A DNA stretch of 64,000 bases from Squalus acanthias (lineage: Eukaryota), in the NCBI GenBank assembly GCA_030390025.1, contig CM059431.1:129706001-129770000 (forward strand). Reading direction: 5' to 3'. A model generated the notes under the pieces. The model worked only from the letters and a program-made list of their open reading frames with translations. It made no database searches and was not told where the DNA came from. The translations under genes were made by a program, and so were the position numbers. Of this stretch, positions 13,506 through 26,579 are shown piece after piece. Every line of letters begins with the position of its first letter. The first letter of the stretch is position 1.

Positions 13506-16084
13506 CAATGTTCCCTGCAATTTTTTTGTCGCCGCACAAGAACTATACAATAGTGATAATGGGGGACTTCAAATATCCTAATAGACTGGGATAGTAATAG
13601 TGTAAAGGGCAGGGAGGGGGAAGAATTTAAGTGTATTCAGGAGAACTTTCTTGATCAATATGTTTCCAGCCCAACGAGCAAGGAGGCATTGCTGGATCTG
13701 GTTCTGGGGAATGAAGTAGGTCAAGTGGAGCAAGTGTAAGTAGGTGAACATTTAGGGACTGTGATCATAGTATCATAAGGTTTAGATTAGCTATGGAAAA
13801 GGATAGGGAGCAATCTAGAGATAAAATACTTAATTGGAGGAAGGCACATTTCAGTGGGATGAGAACGGATCTGGCCCAGGTAAATTGGAATCAAAGATTG
13901 GCAGGCAAAACTATAGTGGAACAATGGGCTGCCTTTAAGGAGGAAATAGTTTGGGTATAGCTGAGGTACATTCCCACGAGGAGGAAAGGTAGGGCAACTA
14001 AAGTCCGAACTTCTTGGATGACGAAACAGATAAGTAAGTAAGATGAAGCAGAAAAAGAGCATGTATGACAGAGGTCAGGTTAAGAATACATCTGGGAATC
14101 AGGCTAAATATAGAAAATTCAAAGGGGAAAGTAAAAAGGAATATAAGAGGGGCAAAAACAGAGTATGAGAATAGAATGGCAGCCAACATAAAAGTTCATC
14201 CAAAAGTCTTCTATCGACATATAAATAGTAAACGGGTAGTAAAAGGAGGGGTGGGGCCAATTAGGGACCAAAAAAAGAGACCTACGCATGGAGGCAGAGG
14301 GTATGGCTGAGGTACTAAATGAGTACTTTGTGCCCGTCTTCACCAAGGAAGAAGATGCTGCCATAGATATAGTAAAGGAGGAGGTAGAGGAGATACTGGA
14401 TGGAATAAGAATTGATAAAGATGAGGTACTAGTAAGGCTGGCTGTACTTAAAGCAGATAAGTCACCAGGACCAGATGGGATGCATCCGAGGATGCCGAGG
14501 GAAGAAATCGCGGAGGGACAGGCCATAATCTTCCAATCCTCCTTAGAAACGGGGGTGGTGCCAGAGGACTGGAGAATTGCAAATGTTACACCCTTGTTCA
14601 AAAAAGGTTGTAAAGATAAACCCAGCAACTATAGGCCTGTCAGTTTAACTTCAGTAGTGGGGAAGCTTTTCGAAACAATAATCAGGGACAAAATTAATGG
14701 ACAAAATTAAGTCACTTGGACAAGTGTGGATTAATTAAGGAAAGTCAGCACGGATTTGTTAAAGGCAAATCATGTTTAACCAACTGGATCGAGATGTTTT
14801 AATGAGGTAACAGAACGGGTTGATGAGGTCAATGCAGTTGACGTGGTGTACATGGATTTCCAAAAGACATTTGACAAAGTGCCACATAAAAGGCATGCCA
14901 GCAAAGTTGAAGCCCATGGAATAAAAGGGACAGCATGGATACAAAATTGGCTAAGTGACAGGAAACAGAGTAGTGGTGAACAGTTCTTTTTAGGACTGGA
15001 GGAAGGTATTCCGGTGTCCCCCCAGGGGTCGGTACTCGGACCACTGCTTTTCTTGATATATATTAATGACTTGAATGTGGGTGTACAGGGCACAATTTCA
15101 AAATTTGCAGAGGACACAAAATTTGGAAGTATAGTGAACAGTGAGGAGGATAGTGATAGACTTCAAGGAGGACATAGACAGGCTGGTGGAATGGGCAGAT
15201 GCGTGGCAGATGAAATTTTATGCCGAAAAGTGTGAAGTGATACATTTTAGTAGAAAGAATGAGAGGAAATATAAACTAGAGGGTACAATCCTAAAGGGGG
15301 GTGCAAGAACAGAGACCTGGGGTACATGTGCACAAATCATTGACGGTGGCAGGGCAGGTTGCAAAAGCAGTTCACTGGATCCTGGGCTTCATGAATAGAG
15401 GTATAGAGTACAAAAGCGAGCAAAATATGATGAACCTGTATAAAACACTGGTTCAGCCTCAACTGGAGTAGTATGTCCAATTCTGGGCACCGCTCTTTAG
15501 GAAGGATGTGAAGGCCTTAGAGAGGGTGCAGTAAAGATTTACCAAAATGATTCCAGGGATGAGACTTCAGTTACGTGGATAGACTGGAGGAGTTGGGGTA
15601 GTTCTCCTTAGAGCAGAGAAGATTGAGAGGAGATTTGATAGATGTGTTCAAACTCATGAGGGGTCTGGACAGAGTAGATAGAGAGAAAATGTTCCCATTG
15701 GCAGAAGGGTCAAGAACCAGGACACAGATTTAAGGTGATTGGCAAAAGAGCCAAAGACAACATAAGAAAAAACTTTACTCAGCAAGTGGTTAGGATCTGG
15801 AATGCACTGCCTGAAAGGGTGGTGGAGGCAGACTCAATCACAGCTTTCAAAAGTGAATTGGATAAGTACCTGAAAGAAAAACATTTGCAGGGCTACTGGG
15901 AAAGGGCGGGGGAGTGGGACGAGCAGAGGTGCTCTTGCAGGGAGTCAGCACGGGCTCGACAGACCAAATGGCCTTCTTCCATGCTGTAACTATTCTATGA
16001 TTCAAAATACTGCATATGCGCAGTTTATGCATTGAACAGAGTGCAGGATCTCTGGAGAGCTGCGGCAGCTTAAAGGGAACACTG
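13506..16084. mobile_element. hAT-type MITE (about 115 bp of its own sequence) containing a nested CR1
   Basis: 11-bp TIRs CAATGTTCCCT (13506-13516) and AGGGAACACTG (16074-16084). 8-bp TSD CCTGCCAA (13498-13505) / TCTGCCAA (16085-16092). Confidence 0.75.
13540..16003 (+). mobile_element. CR1 LINE, 5'-truncated (ORF2 plus 3' UTR)
   Basis: ORF2 motifs in ORFs 14288..14710, 14843..15235 and 15735..15989. ATTCTATGATTC tail. Confidence 0.92.
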
Positions 16085-16729
16085 TCTGCCAACCCAAAAA
16101 TGACCCGTTTATTCCTACTCTGTTTTCTGTCCGTTAACCATTCCTCAATCCATGCCAATATATTATCCCTAATCCCATGAGCCCTAATTTTTTTGCGAAA
16201 ACCTTTTGTCTGGCACCTTTTCAAATGCTTTTTGAATATCCAAATACACTACATCCACTGGTCCCCCCTTATCTACCCTGCTAGTTACAACCTCAAAACT
16301 CTTAACAGATTTATCAAACACGGCTTCCTTTTCATAAATCAGTGTTGACTCTGCCCAATCATATTATAATTTTCTAAGTGCCCCATTACCAAGTCCCTAA
16401 TAATAGGTTCTAGCATTTTCCCTACTACTGAGGTCAGGCTAACTGGCCTACAGTTCCATTTTCTCTCTCCCTCCTTTCTTGATCAGCGGGGTTACGTTTG
16501 CTACCTCCCAATCCATGGGTATTCTGGCAGATCAAAACCAACGCATCCACCATCACTGTAGCCACCTCTTTTAAAACCCTAGGATGTAGGCCATCAGGTC
16601 CAGGGGATTGGTTGGCTTTCAGTCCCATTAATTTCTCCAGTACAATTTCTTTACTAATACCAATTTATATAAGTTCCTCATTTTCGCTGGTCCCTTGGTT
16701 CCCCACTATTTCCAAAATGTTATTAGTTT

Positions 16730-17040
16730 AGGATTGTTACAGGACTATGGGGAGTGTGTGGGGCATTGGCATTAGTTGGGATTGATCCAGGAACATGGGG
16801 AGACAGTTGGATTACTTTGGGGTTGATACAGGGCTATGGGGTGAGAGTGGGGCTGTGGAAATAGTTTTGGGTTGATACAGGGAATTGCAGAGAGTAGGGC
16901 AGTGGGATTAGTTTGGGATTGATACAGGGCTATAGGGAGAGCGTGGGGCAGTGGAATTAGTGTGCGATTGATATAGGGCTATGGGGAGAGAGTGGTGCCG
17001 TGGGATTAGCTTGAGATTGATACAGGGCCACGGTTAGAGA
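16730..17040 (+). repeat. Approximately 49-bp minisatellite (GTGGGATTAGTTTGGGATTGATACAGGGCTATGGGGAGAGAGTGGGGCA), left part
   Basis: About six imperfect tandem copies are visible. The array continues at 19430-19770 after a CR1 insertion. Confidence 0.85.
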
Positions 17041-18240
17041 ACATAAGAACATAAGAAATAGGAGCAGGAGTAGGCCAATTGGCCCCTCGAGCCTGCTCCG
17101 CCATTCAATAAGATCATGGCTGATCTGATCCTAACCGCCAATCAACTATCACAGAACCATCTCCTGAACCTAACAGAATTGGACACACGAAATAGGAGCA
17201 GAATCAGGCTACACGGCCCCTGGGCCCGCTACACTACCCACAGGGCCATGACCGAGCCGAACCTAGACTCATGTCCAAATTCCTGCCCGCTCCCCGTAAC
17301 CCTCAATTCCCTTTACTTCTAGGAAACTGTCTATTTCTGTTTTAAATTTATGTAATGATGTAGCTTCTACAGCTTTTTGGGGCAGCATATTTCATGGACC
17401 TACCACCCTCTGAGTGAAGTAGTTCCTTCTCATCTCAGTTTTGAAAGAGCAGCCCCTTATTCTAAGACTATGCCCCCTAGTTCTAGTTTCACCCATCATC
17501 GGGAACATCCTCCCCGCATCCAACCCCTTCACAATCTTATATGTTTCAATAAGATCGCCTCTCATTCTTCTGAACTCCAATGAGTAGAGTCCCAATCTAC
17601 CCAACCTCTCCTCATATGTCCATCCCCGGGATTAACCGAGTGAACCTTCTCTGTACTGCCGCGAGAGCAAGTATGTCTTTTCTTAAGTATGGACACCAAA
17701 ACTGTATGCATTATTCCAGGTGCGGTCTCACCAATACCTTGTACAACTGAAGCAATACCTCCCTATTTTTACATTCTATCCCCTTAGCAATGAAAGCCAA
17801 CATTCCATTGGCCTTCTTAATCACTTGCTGCACCTGCATACTAACCTTTTGAGTTTCGTGCACCAGGACCCCCAGATCCCTTTGTACTTCAGTACTTTCC
17901 AGTTTCTTGCCATTAATAACTTGCTGTACTATTTTTCCTGCCAAAGTGCATAACCTCACACTTTCCAGTATTGTATTCCATCTGCCAAATTTCTGCCCAC
18001 TTACTTAGCCTGTCTATGTCCCCTTGCAGATTTTTTATGTCCTCCTCACTCACTACTTTCCCTCCCATCTTAGTATCATCTGCAAACTTTGATATGTTAC
18101 ACTCGGTCCCCTCCTCCAAATCGTTAATATAGATTGTAAAGAGTTGGGGACCCAGCACTGACCCCTGCGGAACACCACTTGTTACTGTTTGCCAGTCTGA
18201 GAATGAACCATTTATCCCAACTCTCTGCCTTCTGCTAGAT

Positions 18241-18390
18241 ATGATGTGGAGATGCCGGCGTTGGACTGGGGTGGACAAAAATGAGAAGTCGCACAAACTA
18301 ACTTACCTGACGAAGGAGCGAACTGTTCCGAAAGCTTGTAAAATTAAATAAATCTGTTGGACTATAACCTGGTGTTGTGCAACTTCTCAT
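18241..18390 (+). mobile_element. 150-bp Penelope-like pLTR-only insertion (inverted arm, hammerhead ribozyme, AATAAA)
   Basis: Homologous to the pLTR at 51070-51197. Degenerate TSD TTCTGCTAGAT (18230-18240) / TTCTGTTAGCT (18391-18401). Confidence 0.85.
18303..18341 (+). ncRNA. Minimal type I hammerhead ribozyme
   Basis: TTAC-CTGACGA-A-GGAGC(GAACT)GTTCC-GAA-AGCT-T-GTAA. Catalytic core CUGANGA/GAAA, stem I TTAC/GTAA and palindromic stem III AGCT. Confidence 0.8.
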
Positions 18391-19429
18391 TTCTGTTAGC
18401 TAGCCAATCCTCTATCCATGCCAGAATATTACCCCCAATCCCGTGATTTTTTTATCTTAAGCAATAATCTTGTGTGGCACCTTGTCAAATGCCTTTTGGA
18501 AGTCTAAATACACCACATCCACTGGTTCCCCTTTATCCACCCTGTCTGTTACGTCCTCAAAGAACTCCAGCAAATTTGTCAAACATGACTTCCCCTTCAT
18601 AAAACCATGCTGACTTTGTCCTATTAAATTATGATTATCCAAATGTCCTGTTACTGTCTCCTTAATAATGGACTCCAAAATTTTACCTACCACAGATGTT
18701 AGGCTAACCGGTCTATAGTTTCCAGCCTTCTGTCTACTGCCCTTTTTAAATAAAGGTGTTACATTAGCAGTTTTCCAGTCTGCCGGGATCTTTGCTGAGT
18801 CCAGGGAGTTTTGGAAAATTACCAATGCATCCACAATCCCTACCGCCACTTCCCTCAAGACCCTAGGATGTAAGCCATCAGGTCCAGGTGATTTATCCAC
18901 CTTGAGTCCCATTATTTTACCGAGTACCACTTCCTTAGTGATTTTGATCGTGTTTAGCTCCTTCCCCCCTATAGCCCCCGGTTTGTCCAGTGTTGGGATA
19001 TTCTTAGTGTCCTCTACTGTAAAGACTAATACAAAATATTCAGTGTTTTTGCCATCTCCATATTTCCCACCATTAATTTCCCAGTCTCATCCTCTAAGGG
19101 ACCAACATTTACTTTAGCCACCCTTTTTCTTTTTATATAACTATAAAAACTCACTATCTGTTTTCATATTTTTTGCTAATTTACTTTCATAATCTATCTT
19201 CCCTTTCTTAAAATCAATCTTTGTTATTTTTTGCTGTCTTTTAAAGTTTTCCCAATCCTCTATCTCCCACTAGATTTGGCTACCTTATAAGCCCTTGTTT
19301 TTAGTCGAATACTATCCTTAATTTCTTTACTTAGCCACGGATGACTGTCTTTTCTTTCACACCCTTTTCTTCTCAGTGGAATATATATTTTTTGGAAGTT
19401 ATAAAATAACTCCTTAAATGTACACCACT

Positions 19430-19770
19430 GAACAGGGCAGTGGAATTAGTTTGGGATTGATACAGGGCTGTGGGGAGAGAGTGGGGCAGCGGCATTAGTT
19501 TGAGATTGATACAGGGCTATGGGGTGAAAGTAGGGCAGTGGGATTAGTTTGGGATTAATACAGGGCTATGGGGAGCGAGTGGGGCAGTGGGATTAGTTTT
19601 GGATTGATACAGGACTATGAAGAGGGGGCATTGGATTGTTACATGGCTATGGGGCGAGAGCAGGGCAGGGGATTACTTTGGGATTGATAGAGGGCTATGG
19701 GGTGAACGGGGAGTGGGATTAGTACAGGGCAATGTGGAGAGGGGTAGTGGGATTAGTTTGGGATTGTACC
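19430..19770 (+). repeat. Approximately 49-bp minisatellite, right part
   Basis: Same unit as 16730-17040. Confidence 0.85.
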
Positions 19771-20710
19771 CCCCAATTTGTTGTCATCCACAATTTTAAA
19801 ATTGCATTCTCGATTCTAGAGTCCAAATCGTTTATGAAAATGTGAACTAGTGGTCCCAGCACCAATCCTTGTGGAACACCACTTCCCACCTTTTGCCAGT
19901 CTGAGTAACTACCCTTAATGAGTAACTACCCTTAACTCCTCCTGTTTTCTGTGTTGTTGCCAGCTTGTTCTCAATTCTGCTACTTGTCCAGACTCCACAT
20001 GCTCGGACTGCAGTCATGAAGCTACTATGCAGTACCTGATCAAAGACCTTTTGAAAATCCAAATAAATTACATCTACTACATTACCTTTGTCTACCCTTT
20101 CTGTTAATTCTTCAAAGAATTCAATGAGTTTGGTCAAGCATGACCTTCCCTTTTGAAATCCATGCTGACTACTCTTTATATATTTGGTTTCCAGATGCTT
20201 TTCTATTACATCTTTGAGTAAAGATTCAAGTACCTTTCCTACCACCGACCTAACTGCTCTATAGTTCCCTGGACTTGTTCCATCTCCCTTTTATATGAAT
20301 AAATAATATAGGAATTACATTAGCTGTCCACCAGTCCTCCGGCACTATTCCCTTTTCTAATTAATTTTTAATCAATATATAGTAATGCCTCTACTATCTC
20401 TTTTCTAGCTTCTTTTAACAGGCACGAATGTAATCCATCCGGACCAGGGGTTTTATCTTAAGTATAACTTTAACTAGTTTATCAATTGTCTCTCCCCTTT
20501 CTATCTTAAATGTCTTAGTATTTTTTTTAAATCTTTTCTAATGCCTTGTCCATCTTTTTTGCCTCATTATTTACCAGGGAGACCAAGTAATTATTCATTA
20601 TTTTTCTAATTGTCATCATCATTAGCTGTTAATGTATCTTATGCATCCCCTAGTGTCCCTATCCTGATTTTTCTTTTACTTGTGTGTCTATAGAATACTT
20701 TACTATTTAT
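19770..20710 (-). mobile_element. Old CR1 ORF2 fragment
   Basis: ORF 19847..20245 contains SQHGFQKGRSCLT and IYLDFQK. Confidence 0.85.
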
Positions 20711-20714
20711 TTTT

Positions 20715-22030
20715 AGATTCTCCTCTGCATCTCCCTCCATAATGTCCATTCACTTTTGAACAAGGTCCTTGCCATCACAAGCTTAATATGGATGATTGCA
20801 TCATCAGGGTTTTGACAGAAACTTGGCCGACGAGTGATGATATCTTCCCCTTTAATGAAGCGCCCCTGTCTGGCTATACCTTCCACCATTTGCCCTACCC
20901 AGACCACCGCAGTTGCAGTGTGGCCATTACCGCCAAATCACACCGTAGCCTGCCAACCTACTCCTCTGGCACCTTCTTGTCATTTAAGCAGTTCACCTTG
21001 ATCTACCACTCTCGCCTCTCCTTTTAAATCCTCGTTCTCTACATCCTACCCAAGTGCAATGCCAAGTTTCTCATCAGGGTATCTTCACTGCTCTCCTCCC
21101 TCAGCCCCTGCACCAAGGGACTTCTCATCCTTGGTGATTTCAACCTATATCTCAACTTATCTTGCTCTCTCCTCTTGAATTCACAGCCATCCTACCCACC
21201 CTTAATCTCACTCCAGATAAACTTGCCTACCCATATTCACAGGCACCCCCTCGACCTTGCCATCTCACATGGTCTCAACTTCCATTGTCAATTACTTACT
21301 TGCATCCCTCTCCACAAACACCCCCTTACCCCTCCCAAACCCACTTCCTGGTGTGCACCCCTGGGGAAAAAACTCTTCCCAAGTCACTTACAATGGCACT
21401 TTCAAACTACCAAGTGTCTAACCTTTGGCCATGCATCACACCCTCACCTTTGATGCCGTTGTGCCCATAAAAACCATTACTCCCTCACCCTGGTGGCTGC
21501 CCCTCCTATGTCCTCATCTACACTCCCTCAAGTCCAAGGGACCCAAACTTGATTATTTATGGCAGGTTCAGACATTCATCATCAGATTTGGCTGAACCAC
21601 AAAGTACTATCCGGACCTGGTTTCCTCTGCCGAAACTGCTCAGTATTCCAGGATCATCCCGGAATGCAAAGATACCCCCCAGCTTTTCTTCACTACGGTC
21701 TTAAACCCTTCCCCTACCCAGTGACCTACAAGTGCAAAGAGATCATAGACATCTTTATCACCAAGATTGAGACCATCTGTTCAGTTACCTCTGCCACTTT
21801 CTTCCCTTCACCTAGCCCAAGCCAAACTTCAGCTAAGGTTCCCCCTGCCCTAAACACATCTTTCTCTAGTTTCTCCCCTCTGAGATGCCCTGAGTTCATC
21901 TTGTCCATGAGACCCACCTCCTGCTCCTTCAACCCTATTCCCAACAAACTTTCCTTCCTGCCACCCATGTTAACAGATATTGAGTACTCCTTGGGTACTG
22001 TCCACCACCCCTTTAAATCTACCATTATAA
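20715..22030 (+). mobile_element. Decayed L2-type LINE (APE endonuclease region); probably continues at about 26120-26580 and 26890-27075
   Basis: LTETW, GYTFHHLP and ILGDFN-like motifs, plus PTSCS.NPIP typical of L2 ORF2. C-rich sense strand. Confidence 0.65.
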
Positions 22031-22034
22031 CAAC

Positions 22035-25000
22035 ATAGGAGCAGTAGATCATTTAGCTCCTTGAACCTGTTCCACCATTCAATGAGATCACGACTGATCT
22101 GTGACCCAATTTCATATACCCACCTTTGCCCTATATCCCTTCATACCTTTGGTTAACAAAAATCTATCAAGCTCAGATTTAAAATTAATTGACCTAGTAT
22201 CAATCGCTATTTTTTTTCCAAACTTCTACCACCCTTTGCATGTAGAAGGGTTTCCTAACTTCACTCCTGAAAGGCCTGGCTCTACTTTTTAGACAATGCC
22301 CTGTAGTCCTAGACTCCCCAGCCAGAATAGGGTCCAGTTCCCCTTAATATCCTGAAAATTTCAATCAAATCGTAATTTAACCCTTGGAGTCCAGGTATCA
22401 GTCTGGTAAATCTACACTGCACTGTCTCCAAGGCCAATATATCCTTCCTAAGGTGTAGTGTCCAGAACTGTTCACAGTACTCCAGGTGTGGTCTAACCAG
22501 GGTTTTGTACAGCTGTCTTCTATCCCCATATTCTCATTTAGATATAAAGGCCAGCATTCCATTGTCTTTTGATTATTTTCTGTACCTGTCCATGACATTT
22601 TAATAATATGTAAATGGACCACTAAGTCTTTTTGGACCTCCACGGTTTAGTTTTCCACCATTTAGAAAAGTTCTGCACTATCCATTTTAGGCTCAACGTG
22701 AATGACCTCATATTTGCTTACATTGGAATCCATTTGCCAGTTTGCCCATTCACTTAAATCCATTAATATCTTTGTAATTTTATGCTTCCATCTACACTGC
22801 TTACAATGCCACCTACCTTTGTCTCATCAGCAAACTTGTACATGCAGCTTTCTATCCCATCATCTGTCATTAATAAAGTAAATAGTTGATGCCCCAATAT
22901 AGAGCCCAGACACCACTAGTCACACCCTGCCAATTAGAATACCTGCCCATTATCTTTACCTTGCCCCCTGCCACTCAGCCAATTTCCTAACCATGCCAAT
23001 AATTTGCCTTCAATTCCATGAGCTTCAACTTTAGCAGTCTTTTTTTTAAATTCACTCACAGGATGTGGTCATCACTGGCAAAGCCAGCATTTATTGCCCT
23101 CGAGAAGGTTGTCGTAAGCCACCTAGTTGAACCGCTGCAGTCCTTGTAGTGAAGGTACTCCAACAGCACTGTTAGGTACGGAGTTCTAGGATTTTGTCCC
23201 AATGACAATGAAGGAATGGCAATATATTTCGAAGTCAGGACGGTGTGTGACTTGGAGGCGGTGGTATGCCCATGCGCCTGCTGCCCTTGCAGGTGGTAGA
23301 GGTCACAGGTTTGGAAAGTTGTCAAAGGAGCCTTGGCGAATTGCTGCAGTGCATCTTATAGATGGTACACATTGCAGCCACAGTGCGCCGGTGGTGGATG
23401 GGGTGCCAATCAAGGTTGCTTAATCCCAAATGGTGTCAAGCTTCGAGTGTTGTTGGCGCTACTCATCCAGGCAAGTGGAGAGTATTCCATCACTCCTGAC
23501 TTGTGCCTTGCAGATGGGGGAAAGGCTTTGGGGACTCATTAAACACTCACCACAGAATACCCAGCTTCTGACCTGCTCTTGTCGCCACAGTATTTGTGGC
23601 TAGTCCAGTTAAGTTTCTGGTTAATGGTGACCCCAGGATGTTGATGGGGTCCAGCCCAAGGTATAGAACATACCCTGGGATGATGGGAGACCTCTGGGAC
23701 ATTGGCTGACAGTCATATGCACAGAATAATACCTGTCAGTCTGTTGCTTGATGAGTCTGTGCGACAACTCTCCAATGTTGGCACAAGTCGCCAGATGTTA
23801 ACGAAGAGGACTTTGCCGGGTCAACTGGGCTGGACGTACCTTTGCCGTGTCTGAATCCAGTGCCTTGGTCACTGCCAGGTGATCGGTCCAGTTTTATTTT
23901 TTTGGTAGTGGTTAGTTACAACCAAGTGGCTTGCTAGGCCATTTCAGCAGACAGTCAAGTGTCAAACCATACTGCTGTGGGGTCTGGAGTCACACAGGAA
24001 AGACCAGCTAAGGCCAACAGATTTCCTTGCCTAAAAAGGATATTAGAGGACCAGATGAGTTTTCACAACTATTTGGTTGTTTCACGGTCACCATTGCTGA
24101 TACTAGTTTATTTAATTAACAACTTACATTTCACAGCTGCTGTGGCAGGATTTGAACTCTTCTCTGGATCATGAGTTCAGGCCTCAATTACTAGATAACC
24201 ATTACATCAATACTGTTTCTTGAGGGACTTTATCACATGCCTTCTGGAAGTCCATATAAACAATATACATAGACATTAACCTGTCCATGACTTTAGTCAC
24301 CGCTTCAAAATAATTCAATCAAGTTTGTCATGCATGACCTACCCTGCACAAAGCCACACTGGCTCTTGGATAAGCTGGAAATTTGTGTTCAGTCACTCTA
24401 TCCTTAATTATAGACTCTAGTAATTTCCCAACAGATGTTAGGCTAACTGGTCGATAATTCCCTGGTTAGCCCTACCCTCACCCCCACCTTTCTTAAATAG
24501 CAGAGTGACATGTGCAGTTTTCCAATCTAAAAAAGGTTACCGAATCAAGAACTTTGGAAGATTATAGTTAGGGCATCTGCAACGTTCTCACCTACTTCCT
24601 TGAAAATCCTGGGATGGAAACCATCTGGTTCTGGAGGATTTGTCACTTAGTGCCTTTTTTCCATTAGTTATTTTAGAAACATAGAATCTAGGAGCAGGAG
24701 TAGGCCATTCGGCCCGTCGAGCCTGCTCCACCATTCAATACGATCATGGCTGATCATTCAAATCCAGTCCCCTGTCCCTGCTTTAATCCCCACAGTACAC
24801 ATATCCCACCCTACCCCCGTAACCCCACGTATTTAATTCCCCCTAACATATCCCATCCTATCCCCATAACCCCACATATTTAATCCCCCCCTAACACTAA
24901 GGGTCAATTTATCATAGCCAAATCAACCTAACCCGCACATTTTTGGACTGTGGGAGGAAACCGGAGCAAACCCACGCAGACACGGGGAGAATGTGCAAAC

Positions 25001-26130
25001 TCCACACAGACAGTCACCCGAGGTCAGATTCGAACCCGGGTCCCTGGCGCTGTGAGGCACCAGTGCTAACCACTATGCCACCGTGTTGCTTACATTAATT
25101 CTGTTGAGTCTCCATCCCTGAATTAGTGTTCGTTTCTTGGGATGACCAGCCTACTATCCACTTCCTCTACTGTAAATACCAACAAGTAATTATTCAACAT
25201 GTCTGCCATTTCCTTTGCTTCTTTTACAATATCATGGCTATCAGTTCAAGGGGCCCACATTGCTCCTCACCTCCCCCCCCCCCCCCCACCCCCAATCCAA
25301 TATAAATTGTAGAATCTGTTGATTGATATCCCTTGCAAGTTTCATACTTTGTAGCTCAGTTTCATGATTTATTGTTCTTTGTATCTCCCATCCAGTTGCA
25401 AGGATCTGCACTAGTTTTTGCATGCTTTTAGTTTTAAGTTGTCTTTTACTTTTTTAGTAATCTTTGGCTTTTGGCAAATAGAGCTCTTGCCCCTTAAGGG
25501 TATAAACTGGTTCTGTATCACGTTAAATTCTTTTGAAAACCTCCCACTGATATTTTACTCATCAACAGATTTACCCAGTTTACTGTGGACAGTCTGTCTC
25601 ATACCATTGATGTCCACTCATCCAAATCTAGAATCTTAGTAGCTGTTTCGTGTTTCTCCCTTTCAAATACCAAGTTGAACTCGATCATGATTGCTATTAG
25701 ATAAATGTTGACGCAGTCAATCCAACATGGCCTGCCCTTGTTACAGAAAACTATCCTGAACACTCAAATTCACTACCTTTGACGTGAACTAGTCTGCTTA
25801 CCCCAATCTACAAGTTAAAATTACCTATTAAAACCACATTGCGTGTCAAATCTCTACTTCACAGCTGCTACCAGGGGCCTATACACAACCCCACTCGTCT
25901 TGCATCCTATTCCGTTTCTTAATTCTACCCAGTCACCACTGCCACTTACTTCACTATATCCTATCATTTCATCCTTAATCACCAAAACTATCCCTCCCCT
26001 TCCATTTTCCCTATAGACTTGATAACCTGGTATACTTAGTTCTCAGTCCTGACCATCTTGCAGTCATGTCTCAGTAATGGCTACCATGTCACACACCCAA
26101 AGTTGAATTTGTACCTGCAATTCATTCCCT
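22035..26130 (-). mobile_element. Old CR1 split by further LINE/SINE fragments (about 23040-24215) and an HE1 SINE
   Basis: CR1 3' UTR at 22035 and RT-region remnants at 22400-23040 and 24220-24660. The 5' part of ORF2 is at 25090-26130. Confidence 0.7.
24668..25085 (-). mobile_element. HE1-like V-SINE (tRNA-derived head, V-domain, CR1-like tail)
   Basis: The minus strand reads GGTGGCATAGTGGTTAGCAC (A box) ... GGGTTCGAATC (B box) ... TGTGTGGAGTTTGCACATTCTCCCCGTGTCTGCGTGGGTTT (V-domain). It includes an internal tandem duplication of about 50 bp and a CR1-type tail. Confidence 0.85.
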
Positions 26131-26579
26131 CCCCATTTAGTCATTGTGGCCGCCCCATTTATCCTTTCTGCTAGGACCCTGGTTCAGATGGAGACCATCA
26201 TCCTGCCCCATCCCCCTTCAAAAAACCCACCCTTGCAAACTACCACCCCATCTCCAACCTGCCATTCCTCTCCAAAGTGGTTGTTGCCACCTCCAAAACC
26301 AAACTTAGCTATACTGCAATTCCATGTTTGAACCCCTCCAATCAGGTTCCCACCCCTGCAACAGCCTCTAAATCAGTCACAAATTACATCCCAAGTGACT
26401 GCCAGTGGTAAATGACCCCTCATACTTTGCAATCTGAAGTGTTGGCGTGATCAACTGCAGACAGTCATCCAGCTGGGCAGGGCTGTCCCTCACCTAGTTC
26501 CAATCCATCCTGTCGTACCATTACCTCTGGCGTCCTCAAAGGACCTATTCTTGGCCCCCTCCCATTTCTCATCGATATA

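Larger units (their letters stand above)
8598..16730 (-). mobile_element. CR1 LINE 3' half, split by a Harbinger (9022-12902) and a hAT-type MITE (13506-16084)
   Basis: TAAGA(A)CA-type tail at 8598. The CR1 sequence resumes in register after each insertion (GGCCTA|GTTTT and CTGCCAA|CCC). ORF2 remnants at 13080-13346 and 16434-16628. Confidence 0.85.
17041..19430 (-). mobile_element. CR1 LINE, 5'-truncated, containing a mini Penelope-like insertion
   Basis: TAAGAACA tail at 17041. ORF2 pieces 17392-18930 (FADD, QGSVLGP). The 3' UTR is nearly the reverse complement of 60180-60513. Confidence 0.92.

Noticed and set aside
16730..19770. CRISPR-like array
   Set aside because: Head-to-tail units without unique spacers, no cas genes and a eukaryotic context.
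25015..25085. tRNA gene
   Set aside because: The A and B boxes belong to the head of an HE1-like SINE, continuous with the V-domain. No complete cloverleaf.
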